From Candidatus Poribacteria bacterium (lineage in GTDB: Bacteria > Poribacteria > WGA-4E > JAJDTR01): a stretch of DNA of 64,000 bases. The stretch covers positions 4,672,001-4,736,000 of the forward strand of contig CBDCTK010000002.1 of NCBI GenBank assembly GCA_965222225.1, read 5' to 3'. Of this stretch, positions 18,173 to 28,759 are shown piece by piece. The notes below the pieces were generated by a model. It had not been told where the DNA came from, ran no database searches, and saw only the letters and a program-made list of their open reading frames with translations. Position 1 is the stretch's first letter; the number at the start of each line of letters is the position of its first letter. A program made the position numbers and the translations under genes.

Positions 18173-20239
18173 ATGCAAATCAACGGATTGGTCCTGGGAA
18201 AATATCGGATTGAAAATTTAATCAACAACGGCAGTTTCGCCTCCGTTTTCCGCGCAAAGGAAGAACTTACAAATCGTATTGTAGCTATCAAGGCATTACC
18301 CAAATCCGTTTATCCGTCGGGACGATTGCGCTATTTGTTGGCTGAACTGAGGTCCATGACGTTGAATTGGGGACATGAAAACATTGTCTCCATTCATACA
18401 GTCGAACCGGGTGAAGATGAATATATCGCTTTTATCGTTATGGAGTACATAGACGGCTCCACACTGCATGAGCGAATGACCGCCGAGTCGTTTTCCCCAA
18501 GTCGTGCAGTCAATATTGCCTTAGATATTTGTCGAGGGCTTACCGCTGTGCATGCACAGAACATCATCCACCGAGATATCAAACCTCAGAACATCCTCTT
18601 GACGTCCGATGGCACAGCGAAACTCGGCGATTTCGGTGTGGCATGTATACTTGAAGCAACGGACGACATTGCGGCAACGGTCACAGGCACTCGGAAATAC
18701 ATGGCGCCTGAGCAGTATGACGGAGAATACGATTCTCGCGTAGATCTCTATTCGTTAGGATTGGTTCTCTATGAGATGCTGACCGGGCGATATCCATTCC
18801 GAGGACGAAATCATGATGAAATAAAGATAAAAAAAATTGATGCAGTAATTGAGTTCGATCATGAAGTGCCCGAGGAATTGCACGGTTTTCTACAGAAGGT
18901 ATTGCACAGAAATGTCAACTCGCGCTATCAGAGCGCTACGGAAATGTATCACGATTTGGATGCCATTCGTGCCACGTGGTATGCAAAGATAGTGCGCGAA
19001 GAGTTGGCCCAATCGCCGAATGCAAATACGTCCAATGAAATACTTTTCAGAATGCGAGAGGACCTACGACTTTCGCCTGATTTGGCGCGTTGGATTGAAC
19101 TAGAAATTCATTACCAGCACCGAATTGAAGAGGAGCGGAAAAAACGACACCAGCTTGAACAGGAGACTAGCGCATGCTATGAACGTGCTATATATTATAT
19201 CCATCAACACAATCCGGTCGATGCGTTACGAGAACTACAAGAAGCGCATAGTCATTACTTGACGGAAATCGGACTTTCAAATCAAGTAAAGAAAATCTTC
19301 AGGTCATTAGTGGACGCATTCACGATTGCCAAAGTTCCTTCCAAGGCAGATGAAATAGTGCGTATAGTTGAACAGTTGCCTGCCAATGAGGTGGAGGAAC
19401 TTAAAACTTGGTTCTCTCAACGAATGCTCCCTAACCACGTTGACCAATCTGACGATATACCGGTTTCGACAGGAAGCGACATAGAGGACGACAGTTCGGA
19501 TCTTCCGCTGGCGCCTCCTGCCGATTCCTCCCCAACGCAACCACTTCTCGCAGAGTCTGTATTGCGGTCGCTACATGAGAAGACAAAATATCCTCACGAG
19601 AGAGCGGCCGCTCAAATTTGCCGCATGGCTGAAAACTTTACGCGACAGAAAAACAAACGCGCACGTTCCGAATATAAGAAACTTGCAGAATTTTACGTCC
19701 AGTCTGCTATGCACTTTATCGACACGGACGATTGGGAATTGGCTGCGGACTGTTACGCGCGCGCGCGGTTGGCTTATGTTGCGGCTAAGCGCACTGGAAG
19801 TGCTAGAACAATGGCAAACAAGGCAGGGGACTGCTATGCCAAACTTGCTGAGGCAATGAGCAGACGACAACTTTGGGAAGAGGCTGCAACTCAATGCGTC
19901 CTATCAGCCGACCATTTTAAACATGGAGAGTCCGAGGAGACGGCTGAAGAAGGCTGGTCAAATGCAACGATTTATTATTTGAATGCCGCTGAAAACGCCT
20001 GTTCGGCTGGAGACGTTGAGCGTGTCAATATCTATTGTCAGAAAATCTTCGTAATCGCCGAGAGCATCAAGCGACCTTCAAAAGCCGCAGCGGCGGCACG
20101 GAGACTAATGGGTGAGATAGAGAGATCTATTACAAACCCGCTCCACACCAGCCTCCAGGATTCCGAGCGTAATCCTTCGAAGTCGGTAGTAATGCACGGA
20201 GAAATCTTGCCAGTGAACCAGTGGCAAGCAAGAGGATAA
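18173..20239 (+). CDS. Hanks-type Ser/Thr protein kinase with C-terminal TPR/alpha-SNAP-like helical region
   Basis: VAIK, HRDIKPQN, DFG, YMAPE, DLYSLG; RBS GGAG before ATG 18173; no TM segment seen. Confidence 0.9.
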   Translation: MQINGLVLGKYRIENLINNGSFASVFRAKEELTNRIVAIKALPKSVYPSGRLRYLLAELRSMTLNWGHENIVSIHTVEPGEDEYIAFIVMEYIDGSTLHERMTAESFSPSRAVNIALDICRGLTAVHAQNIIHRDIKPQNILLTSDGTAKLGDFGVACILEATDDIAATVTGTRKYMAPEQYDGEYDSRVDLYSLGLVLYEMLTGRYPFRGRNHDEIKIKKIDAVIEFDHEVPEELHGFLQKVLHRNVNSRYQSATEMYHDLDAIRATWYAKIVREELAQSPNANTSNEILFRMREDLRLSPDLARWIELEIHYQHRIEEERKKRHQLEQETSACYERAIYYIHQHNPVDALRELQEAHSHYLTEIGLSNQVKKIFRSLVDAFTIAKVPSKADEIVRIVEQLPANEVEELKTWFSQRMLPNHVDQSDDIPVSTGSDIEDDSSDLPLAPPADSSPTQPLLAESVLRSLHEKTKYPHERAAAQICRMAENFTRQKNKRARSEYKKLAEFYVQSAMHFIDTDDWELAADCYARARLAYVAAKRTGSARTMANKAGDCYAKLAEAMSRRQLWEEAATQCVLSADHFKHGESEETAEEGWSNATIYYLNAAENACSAGDVERVNIYCQKIFVIAESIKRPSKAAAAARRLMGEIERSITNPLHTSLQDSERNPSKSVVMHGEILPVNQWQARG

Positions 20240-20655
20240 TGTGGCGGGCATGTAACAATCATATACTTAATGGCTCCGCTCGGGCCGAGAGTTATATTGA
20301 AGGATAGTGCCCCCAGTAGTTGCGAATCTGAACTACCTCCCCATGAGGCATACGTGTTACTTCTCAGCCGGTATACCAGTTTCTCAAACTATGCACTAGC
20401 GACGACGATTAATGGATATTCTTGCGCTTCACGTATAGCTCTTTTTGCTCGGTGTCAAACTTTTCCGGCTTACCTGCCTTTTTGACTTCTCTCCTTATAC
20501 CTTGCGTATCAATCTGTGTCTTTTGCCACTTGCATACACATGTCTTCGTCAATGATGTCGCCAATTCGCGTAATCATGAAAATGGATTAGCCGATTCTCG
20601 ATTAGTGTCCAGTGTGAAGACACGGGGACATCCAGAAATCCGAAAAAGAGCCACT

Positions 20656-21249
20656 TCAGCCGGAAGTCTTTGCCCATAGTTCTTCGGAGAACATGCTCTT
20701 AAGCGTATTGGATTGATCCGGCATGATAGGCAAACCTAGCTTGGGGAAAATTCTGCTCCAACGCTCAGGATGATCAACATCAATGTACACGGGAACGAAG
20801 TCGAGATTCAAATAGGTCTTGATAGCAGGCAAACGGAAATCGTCTGTACCAAGAATTGCACACTTGAAATTGCGGTGTTGGAAAAAGTGCAAAACGCAGA
20901 GCGTCACGGATTTGCCCAGTCGCTGTCCGGTGTGCTCAGGAGTCACGGCGACCATGTGCACCGAACCCATCTCGGATTCTCCGGGGACAAGGATACGCGA
21001 ATACGTAGTGCCTACCGGTGTACCTTGGCAAGTCACAAAGTAAAGACCGTCAGGATCGAATAACGATTTACGGCCAATGTCTTTGTAAAAATCAGCGGTT
21101 GTGAATGTTATACCGAACGATGCGTTAATCACATTGACCCAATGGGCATCATCACCCTCCTCGTAAGTTCGTATTTCGTACCCGTCCGGGACTTTGATTT
21201 CCGGCAACCCATTGAGGTTTGGTCGAACCATCCTGAGTTGTTTTGGCAT
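20656..21249 (-). CDS. GNAT family N-acetyltransferase
   Basis: VAVTPEHTGQRLGK acetyl-CoA motif, PAIKTYLNLDF; RBS GGAGG before MPKQLRM. Confidence 0.85.
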   Translation of the reverse strand: MPKQLRMVRPNLNGLPEIKVPDGYEIRTYEEGDDAHWVNVINASFGITFTTADFYKDIGRKSLFDPDGLYFVTCQGTPVGTTYSRILVPGESEMGSVHMVAVTPEHTGQRLGKSVTLCVLHFFQHRNFKCAILGTDDFRLPAIKTYLNLDFVPVYIDVDHPERWSRIFPKLGLPIMPDQSNTLKSMFSEELWAKTSG

Positions 21250-21323
21250 TCGCAATCCTCCTTTATAGTCATTTGCATTCATATTTACACATATTGTCGA
21301 TTGTATGTTAACCCAAGTTGCCA

Positions 21324-21350
21324 GTAGTAGGCATACTCCGTATGCTGTAC
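21324..21350. repeat. GTAG-type REP-like palindrome
   Basis: GTAGTAG-GCATAC-TCC-GTATGC-TGTAC. Confidence 0.55.
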
Positions 21351-21366
21351 CCCTTGAGTAAGGAAA

Positions 21367-21394
21367 GTCGGGAACGCAGATCTGCGTTCCCGAC
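21367..21394. repeat. Perfect 28-bp palindrome (REP-like)
   Basis: GTCGGGAACGCAGA|TCTGCGTTCCCGAC is exactly self-complementary. Confidence 0.75.
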
Positions 21395-21562
21395 AATCTG
21401 AAGTACGTAAGTCGTAAGTCAATTACATTCATGTTCCAACATTTTGTGTAATTCTTAGTTGCAATGGCTATAAGAGCTGAGTTCCTAGTTTCACGCACAA
21501 TTATACAACACTCATGCCTGTAAAGTTAAGGCAAAGCTTGGGGTTCAAGTAGAGCTTAAAAT

Positions 21563-22081
21563 ATGCCGAATATCATTTTAGTTGGATTCATGGGTACAGG
21601 TAAAACGTCTGTAGGACGGCGACTGTCTCAGTGTTTGGGGATGCCTTACCTTGATACTGACGAGATTATTGAACAAAGTGCCGGACGGCGTATCACCGAC
21701 ATCTTCGCTCAACATGGTGAATCGTATTTTCGTGAACTGGAAAGCGAGGCGGTTCATAAGATTTCGGGTTTGGACAAGCACGTAATCTCGACCGGCGGAG
21801 GAATTGTGCTTCGGACTGAAAATCTGGCGATTCTTATGCGCAATGGGCTAGTTTTCTGCCTTACGGCAACGTCAGAGGAAATTTGGGCACGGGTGAAGAA
21901 CGAAACACATCGACCATTGCTAAGAGCACCGGATCCCGTAGAAAAGATACGCGAGATGCTTAAAGCCCGCGAGGCATATTATGCTTTAGCCGATTACACA
22001 ATTCAGACTGACGGCGTACCAATTGAGCAAGTCACGGATGAAGTTATAGAGGTGTTCCAAAATGCCATCAATTCGCGTTGA
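21563..22081 (+). CDS. aroK: Shikimate kinase
   Basis: GFMGTGKT, DTD, GESYFRELE, STGGG, RPLL. Confidence 0.96.
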   Translation: MPNIILVGFMGTGKTSVGRRLSQCLGMPYLDTDEIIEQSAGRRITDIFAQHGESYFRELESEAVHKISGLDKHVISTGGGIVLRTENLAILMRNGLVFCLTATSEEIWARVKNETHRPLLRAPDPVEKIREMLKAREAYYALADYTIQTDGVPIEQVTDEVIEVFQNAINSR

Positions 22082-23153
22082 ACTACGCGAGAACAGTTAT
22101 CCTATTATTGTCGATCAGGAAATTTTAGGCAAGACAGGTGAACTACTACGATCGCAAACGAAATCGGAAAAAGCTATCGTGATTGCGGATGCCTTCGTGA
22201 GCCGCCGATACGGGGGCGAGGTCCTAGAGGGCTTATCGAATGCCGGTTTTGATTCTCGCATGACGGAGGTTCCCTCAGGCGAAGAGCATAAGTCGCTCGA
22301 ATGGTTCGGCAGATTGCATGATCAGCTTGTCAGCCATCGCATGGACCGCACATCAACACTTATCGCGCTCGGCGGCGGCGTCATTGGTGACCTTGCCGGA
22401 TTCGTCGCTGCTACATACATGCGCGGTATTTCGTATGTCCAGATTCCAACGACATTGCAGGCTCAGGTCGATGCGAGCGTGGGAGGCAAAACCGGCATCA
22501 ATCACCCGAACGGAAAAAACCTTATCGGTGCGTTTTATCAACCGAAACTCGTGCTAATTGATGTAGCAACGCTGAGAACGTTATCTTCTCGCGATGTTCG
22601 TGCGGGATTAATCGAAGTCATCAAACATGGCGTAATTATGGATGTGCCGTTATTCGATCAGATTGAAGAGAACCTTGATGCCATTCTTAATCTCGACTCA
22701 GATATCATTATCAGCGTAATCGCCAGATCGTGTGCGGACAAGGCCGAAGTTGTCGCAGGCGATGAGAAGGAAAACCACTTGCGAATGACGCTCAATTATG
22801 GCCACACCTTTGGCCATGCGCTTGAATCCATCACGAATTACAATGTATATCGGCACGGCGAGGCGGTTGCAATCGGCATGAACTGTGCCGCTCAACTCGC
22901 TTGTAACCTTGGCATGTTGTCACTATCCGATTTGGAACGTCAAAAACGGCTCATCCAACGTACCGGACTTCCCACGGGTTTCCCAGAAGAAATACGATCG
23001 GACACACTGCTTGACGCCATGTATCTTGACAAGAAAGCGAAGCGCGGAAAACTGAACCTCGTGCTTCCAACAAGAATTGGCGAAGTAGATATCCGCGATG
23101 ACATCAATGATTCAGATGTTCTACACGCAATTTCACAGTGCATAGAAGATTAG
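22062..23153 (+). CDS. aroB: 3-dehydroquinate synthase
   Basis: GGGVIGDLAGF, PTTLQAQVDASVGGKT, KNLIGAF, LNYGHTFGHALE, HGEAV. Confidence 0.97.
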   Translation: MPSIRVELRENSYPIIVDQEILGKTGELLRSQTKSEKAIVIADAFVSRRYGGEVLEGLSNAGFDSRMTEVPSGEEHKSLEWFGRLHDQLVSHRMDRTSTLIALGGGVIGDLAGFVAATYMRGISYVQIPTTLQAQVDASVGGKTGINHPNGKNLIGAFYQPKLVLIDVATLRTLSSRDVRAGLIEVIKHGVIMDVPLFDQIEENLDAILNLDSDIIISVIARSCADKAEVVAGDEKENHLRMTLNYGHTFGHALESITNYNVYRHGEAVAIGMNCAAQLACNLGMLSLSDLERQKRLIQRTGLPTGFPEEIRSDTLLDAMYLDKKAKRGKLNLVLPTRIGEVDIRDDINDSDVLHAISQCIED

Positions 23154-23210
23154 TGGTGCTGTCGCTACGTGAGAGGCGAAAGTAGTAACAGGTAATTATG
23201 CTGCGAAGGT

Positions 23211-23769
23211 TCAACTATCGTCTAGTCCAAGTTCAACTGCGATTCCTTTCATGGCATCAATAACAAATTCGATGTGTTCCTTAAGCGGGATACCAACATC
23301 CTCTGCACCGTTGTGGATGTCTCCTCGATTCACGGTGCGCGCAAACGCTTTGTCTTTAAGTTTTTTCTGCACCGAGGAAATCTTTACTTCGGCAATCCTT
23401 CTGTTTGGGCGAACGAGTGCTACGGCAGTTACAAATCCAGCCAACTCATCGACAGCATAGAGGGTTTTGTCCATCAAGCTCTTTCGTTCAAGTCCAAGGT
23501 AATCGGCATGTGAGCGGATTGCATATATCACGTCAGGCGGATAACCCTTTTCCTTGAGGATTTTCGCTCCTATCTCTGGGTGTTGGTCGGGACGGGTACA
23601 TCTCATAGTCGAAATCGTGCAAAAGCCCGACAATCCCCCATTTTTCTTCATCTTCACCCCATTTCCGGGCATAAACCCTCATGCATGCTTCAACAGCTAA
23701 GGCGTGTTTGATTAATCTGTCCTTTTGAGTATATTCATGAAGAAGTTCTAAGGCACTATCTCTATTCAT
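23211..23769 (-). pseudogene. HD-domain hydrolase, frameshifted near 23590
   Basis: N-half MNRDSALELL...HALAVE...GLLHDFDYE and C-half DQHPEIG...IRSH...AVDELAG lie in different frames. Confidence 0.8.
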
Positions 23770-23872
23770 CAGCCAATTTCCTTGATAACGCGTTCTTGCA
23801 TGGCGAACAATCATCTGTTTTCTCGACACCAACAAGCCCTAACGGTTAACCAACCGACAGTTCTTACCCGCA

Positions 23873-25477
23873 TCAACTCACCATTCTAGGCTGCTTATCC
23901 CGGCAAAGTACGACGTGTTTTTTCCAGTTAACATCGTCGCGCTCGGGGTAGTCTTCCCGATAGTGCGCACCTCGACTCTCCCTCCGAATAATTGCGGCTT
24001 CGGTAATCAAATTCGCAACGTCAAGCATGTTTTGAAATTCAAACGTCGCCACACTGGACCACGAATGTGCCTGATCCATCTCTCGCAAAACGTCACGTGC
24101 GACTTTAAGGTTCGCTTCCAATCTCAGAATACCAACGTCTTCCCACATCAATTGACGAATCTTTTCCTTGCCGGATTCCACGTCAAACGAGTTGGTAGTA
24201 CCGTAGCTATTCTCCGTTCGAACCTGAACTTTCTCAAGGATTCTATTGTCAAGTCGTTGGGCGTAATCGACTGCGGATTCTGCCGCGCGCGATCCAAATA
24301 CTATACACTCCAGCAAGGAATTGCTTGCGAGCCGATTTGCACCGTGGACTCCTGTACATGCCACTTCACCACACGCGTATAGCCCGTTAATATTTGTCTC
24401 TGCATCCAGATTGGTTCGGATGCCGCCCATCATGAAATGCGCGCCTGATCGGACAGGGATGAGGTCCTTGGTGATTTCGAGTCCGTAATGTTGGCAAGTG
24501 TGGGAGATTGTCGGAAAGCGTCTCTGAATGAAGTCGGGCGATAGATGTGTAATATCAAGGTAGACACACGGAAAACCTGTTGACTGCATTTCATTCAGGA
24601 TCGCCCGGCTGACAACATCGCGGGGACCGAGTTCCGCATTTTCATGATATCTTCGCATGAATTGTTCACCGCGAATGTTCACCAGAACTCCTCCTTCACC
24701 GCGAACCGCTTCCGAGATTAAGAAATGAGGTGCGCCATCCAGAAAAAGGGTTGTCGGATGAAATTGAACGAACTCCATGTCCATCATCTCGCAGCCCGCA
24801 CGCCACGCGGCAGCGAAACCATCCCCTGTCGCCACTTCGGGATTCGACGTGCATTGATAAACGCACCCTAGTCCTCCGGCTGCGAGAATCGTGACTTTGG
24901 CACGGATCCAATGTACCACGTTATTAACAAGCGCAAGCACACCATAGCAAGTTTCTTCCTCCGTGACGAAGTCGATGGCAAACGCGTTTTCAACCACCTT
25001 TACATGTTTCTGTTTCCGGAGATGGTTGACCAAGACATCAGTTGTCTCTATGCCGGTAGCATCACCTCGATGGACAACACGGCGCCGTTGATGAGCTCCC
25101 TCCCTGGTAAAGCCAAGAGTGTCACCCTCTTTGTCAAACTTTGCGCCCCATTTAATCAATTCCGAAACCCGTTCAATGCCCTCCTCTACCATGACTTGAA
25201 CGGCCGATGGATTGCATATACCTACCCCCGATTTGAGAGTGTCCTCAACGTGGGAGTCGATTGTGTCGTCGACATTCATCGCAACGGCAATGCCACCTTG
25301 GGCATAGCGCGTGCTACTCTCCTTCAGTGCGCTCTTGGTCATCAGAAGCACACTGCCATGTTGGTTGGCTTGAATCGCTGCTCGCAGCCCGGCACTCCCA
25401 CTTCCGATTACCAAGAAATCGGTGTCGATTATGGGTAGTGCCGAGGTGTCAAATTGAAGTATATGTCGGCTATTCAT
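23873..25477 (-). CDS. nadB: L-aspartate oxidase
   Basis: GSGSAG, YAQGGIA, REGAH, QFHPT, ISEAVRGEG, HGANRLASNSLLE, ESRGAH. Confidence 0.96.
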   Translation of the reverse strand: MNSRHILQFDTSALPIIDTDFLVIGSGSAGLRAAIQANQHGSVLLMTKSALKESSTRYAQGGIAVAMNVDDTIDSHVEDTLKSGVGICNPSAVQVMVEEGIERVSELIKWGAKFDKEGDTLGFTREGAHQRRRVVHRGDATGIETTDVLVNHLRKQKHVKVVENAFAIDFVTEEETCYGVLALVNNVVHWIRAKVTILAAGGLGCVYQCTSNPEVATGDGFAAAWRAGCEMMDMEFVQFHPTTLFLDGAPHFLISEAVRGEGGVLVNIRGEQFMRRYHENAELGPRDVVSRAILNEMQSTGFPCVYLDITHLSPDFIQRRFPTISHTCQHYGLEITKDLIPVRSGAHFMMGGIRTNLDAETNINGLYACGEVACTGVHGANRLASNSLLECIVFGSRAAESAVDYAQRLDNRILEKVQVRTENSYGTTNSFDVESGKEKIRQLMWEDVGILRLEANLKVARDVLREMDQAHSWSSVATFEFQNMLDVANLITEAAIIRRESRGAHYREDYPERDDVNWKKHVVLCRDKQPRMVS

Positions 25478-25537
25478 AAGTGTTTTATCGGAGAGAAATG
25501 AAACCTGTATGAACTCGAATCTCCTCTATTTCTAAAC

Positions 25538-25948
25538 TCATAGTCCTTTTCCCACCTTTACCACTTTGCCGCTTCCGTCGGCGACTAGCGTTCCATCTTC
25601 CAACGTGATGTCCGCCGCAGCTTCGATGAGTCGTTTAGTGTTCCTAACCCGTCTTGCGTTGATGAATAGCTTTTTCCCCGTGGGCGCTGGGCTCTTGAAT
25701 CGAATCTCAAGTTGGGCGGTCACAGCCGGGCTACCGAAACTGGCAATCCCTACGTAAGTAATTGCTTCATCCAATAGAGTGCTAAGTATTCCGCCGTGCA
25801 TCACACTCGCCCATCCTTGGAAGTGATTGGGCGGCGTACACACAATCTGTACGGTTTCACCATCTTGTGAGATGTTTGGAGTAACTTGCAAGCCGAAAGG
25901 ATTATGTTTCCCACAAACAAAGCAACGATCATTATTTTCAATTTCCAT
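25538..25948 (-). CDS. PaaI family (hotdog) thioesterase
   Basis: CFVCGKHNPFGL, HGGILSTLLDE. Confidence 0.88.
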   Translation of the reverse strand: MEIENNDRCFVCGKHNPFGLQVTPNISQDGETVQIVCTPPNHFQGWASVMHGGILSTLLDEAITYVGIASFGSPAVTAQLEIRFKSPAPTGKKLFINARRVRNTKRLIEAAADITLEDGTLVADGSGKVVKVGKGL

Positions 25949-26002
25949 TCGATGCGTCCTGTATTTGGTAACTACATATTTACTTAAGGTAGTGAATCTA
26001 GC

Positions 26003-28648
26003 TCATTCTAGCATATTGAGGTTTGACTCTAGTTTTTCCGTTTCCGATTCAAACCTGTTGAGCAAGTCCTGTTTCTGCATCACGACTGCCTTGGGCGCAC
26101 GTTCAATGAATTTCGGATTATCGAGTGTTTTTTGTGTGGCAGCCAGATCTGCGGTCAACTTACTAAGGCGCTTCTGTAGACGATTTCTTTCCGCGTCAAT
26201 GTCAATCACCCCAGCCAGCGGGACGTAAATAATCAAATCATCCACTACTGCTGTAGCGCAAGCAGCCGGTTTTTCTAGGGACTCGGCAATTGAGAAGCTT
26301 GAGATTCGCGTGAATGAGGGAAGGTAATCTTCAAGGTGCGTCTCAAGCAGATTGCGATTTTCGGCGTTGGAGGCTTTAATCAGGATTTCCACTTCGCTAG
26401 ATGGAGCCACATTCATCTCACCACGAATGCTACGAATACTGTCGATGACGTTCATGATCGTCTGCATTGCGTTTTCCGACGCCGGGTCTTCCCATGTAGG
26501 GTTCGGAACGGGCCAAGGCGCAACCATGATGCTGTCTCCCTCGTGTGGCAAGCGTTGCCAAATCTCTTCAGTAAGGAACGGCATGATTGGATGCGACAAA
26601 CGCATTGTGCGTTCGAGAATATCAGATGCAATGGACTGAACCGTCTGCTTGGAGCTTAAATCATCGGTATAGTATAACCGTTGCTTAATCAGTTCGATAT
26701 ACCAATCGCAGAACTCATGCCAGAGAAATTCATAGAGAGTATGCGCGGCATCACTGAAACGGAACTCCTCAAGATACGCCGTCATATTCTTCGTTGTAGC
26801 GTTGAAGCGACTACGAATCCAACGATCGCATAAGTACAGATTATCATTTGAAATCTCGGTTCTTGACTGATCGAAGTCGTCAAGATTCATCAACAGGAAA
26901 CGTGAGGCGTTCCAAATTTTGTTGGCGAAACGCTTTCCTGCCTCAATTTGTGATTCTGGTAGCGGCATGTACGGATTTGGAAGCGTACAAAATACCAGAG
27001 CGAAACGAAAAGCATCGGCACCGTATTTGTAGATTGTTTCAATCGGATCGATGGTGTTGCCGCGAGACTTGCTCATTTTCTGCCCATGCTCATCGGCAAC
27101 GAGAGCGTGAATATAGACCTCCCGAAACGGGACTTCGCCGTGGCATTTCAAGCCCAGCATAATCATTCGCGCCACCCAGAAGAAAAGAATGTCCCAACCG
27201 GTAACCAGTACAGAGGTCGGATAAAATGACTTTAGGAGGGAGGTTGATTCGGGCCAACCCATTGTCGAAAACGGCCATAGCCCGGAACTGAACCATGTGT
27301 CCAACACGTCTTCTTCTTGGCGCAAGTCTCGACAGCCGCAGGTACACTCTTGAGGCGTTTCGACCGCTGCAATGACCTCTCCGCAATCGCCGCAATACCA
27401 AATTGGCAGTCGGTGTCCCCACCAGCGCTGGCGCGAAACTGGCCACGGCAGAATGTTTTCCATCCAGTGATAAAACCGTTTCTCCTCACGTTCGGGAATG
27501 AATACAACCTCGCGGTTTCGGACGGCTTCAATTGCGCGTTCCGCGAGTGATTTGACGTTGATGAACCATTGCAGTGAAAGGTACGGCTCGACGATAGTGT
27601 CACAACGGTCATGATGTCCAACGGAATGTGGGTGTGGAACGACCTTCATGAGTAGACCGCTATCACGTAGATTTTCAACTAATGCTTGTCGGCAGTCAAA
27701 TCTGTCCATTCCCTGATATTCCGAGCCTGCAAACTGATTGAGTGTTCCGTCGGGATTGAAGATATTGATTTGAGGGAGATTGTGCCTAAGACCAAGTTCG
27801 TAATCATTCGGATCGTGGGCAGGTGTCACTTTGAGCGCACCTGTCCCAAATTCCCGGTCCACATATTCATCTGCAATGACAGGAATTTCGCGCTGGACGA
27901 GCGGCAGAAGCACTGTTTTGCCGATGGCGTGCTGATAGCGCTTGTCCTCCGGGTGAACCGCGACCGCTGTATCACCTAGCATCGTCTCCGGACGAGTCGT
28001 CGCGATTTCCAAAAACTCCTCCGAATCCTTAATCGGGTACTCAATGTGATAGAAGTTGCCATCTATCTCAATTGATTCGACCTCCAGATCGGAAATTACA
28101 GTTTGACAGTTGGGGCACCAGTTTGCCAAGTACGTGTCGCGATAAACCAACCCATCGTCGTAGAGCCTGACAAATGCCGTTCGAACGGCTTTGGACAGGC
28201 CTTCGTCAAGCGTGAAACGTTCGCGTTCCCAATCGCAAGAGCAGCCGATTTGGCGTAGTTGCTCAATAATTGTCCCGCGCGATTCATTTTTCCAGTTCCA
28301 CATTCGATCGATAAATTTCTCACGTCCAAGAGCTTCCCGAGAGGTTCCCCAATCCGCCAGTTTCTGCTCCATGATAATCTCGGTAACGATTCCCGCATGA
28401 TCGGTGCCCGGCATCCAAAGAGCATTGTAACCTTGCATCCGTTTCCAGCGAATCAGCACATCTTGCAGTGTGTTGTCGAGTGCGTGTCCAACGTGAAGAT
28501 TTCCAGTGATGTTGGGAGGAGGAATTACGATGGAGAACGACGGCTTGTCGGATGTATCGGCGGCATGGAAGTAGTTTTCATTCAGCCAAAACTGATACCA
28601 TTTCGCCTCGATTTCCTGCGGAGAATAGGTTGTCGGGATATCCGTCAT
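26003..28648 (-). CDS. valS: Valine--tRNA ligase
   Basis: PPPNITGNLHVGH, TTRPET, DTWFSS, KMSKS, C-terminal coiled coil. Confidence 0.98.
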   Translation of the reverse strand: MTDIPTTYSPQEIEAKWYQFWLNENYFHAADTSDKPSFSIVIPPPNITGNLHVGHALDNTLQDVLIRWKRMQGYNALWMPGTDHAGIVTEIIMEQKLADWGTSREALGREKFIDRMWNWKNESRGTIIEQLRQIGCSCDWERERFTLDEGLSKAVRTAFVRLYDDGLVYRDTYLANWCPNCQTVISDLEVESIEIDGNFYHIEYPIKDSEEFLEIATTRPETMLGDTAVAVHPEDKRYQHAIGKTVLLPLVQREIPVIADEYVDREFGTGALKVTPAHDPNDYELGLRHNLPQINIFNPDGTLNQFAGSEYQGMDRFDCRQALVENLRDSGLLMKVVPHPHSVGHHDRCDTIVEPYLSLQWFINVKSLAERAIEAVRNREVVFIPEREEKRFYHWMENILPWPVSRQRWWGHRLPIWYCGDCGEVIAAVETPQECTCGCRDLRQEEDVLDTWFSSGLWPFSTMGWPESTSLLKSFYPTSVLVTGWDILFFWVARMIMLGLKCHGEVPFREVYIHALVADEHGQKMSKSRGNTIDPIETIYKYGADAFRFALVFCTLPNPYMPLPESQIEAGKRFANKIWNASRFLLMNLDDFDQSRTEISNDNLYLCDRWIRSRFNATTKNMTAYLEEFRFSDAAHTLYEFLWHEFCDWYIELIKQRLYYTDDLSSKQTVQSIASDILERTMRLSHPIMPFLTEEIWQRLPHEGDSIMVAPWPVPNPTWEDPASENAMQTIMNVIDSIRSIRGEMNVAPSSEVEILIKASNAENRNLLETHLEDYLPSFTRISSFSIAESLEKPAACATAVVDDLIIYVPLAGVIDIDAERNRLQKRLSKLTADLAATQKTLDNPKFIERAPKAVVMQKQDLLNRFESETEKLESNLNMLE

Positions 28649-28759
28649 CAGCGGGTATGATGCCTCCTATCGGTATACGATAAATTCGTGAGTATGAGAT
28701 CTGTCGGTCCAGGTGGTGGTCTTGATTAAACACGGCACACGTCCATTTTACCATCTTAA

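Noticed and set aside
10253-20239. VWA protein plus Ser/Thr kinase as a TerY-P-type defence triad
   Set aside because: The genes are ~7 kb apart with unrelated operons between them, and no PP2C phosphatase is present
20408-20563. Possible ~51-aa Lys-rich ORF on the minus strand between the kinase and GNAT genes
   Set aside because: Only a TTG start without a clear RBS, and no recognisable motif
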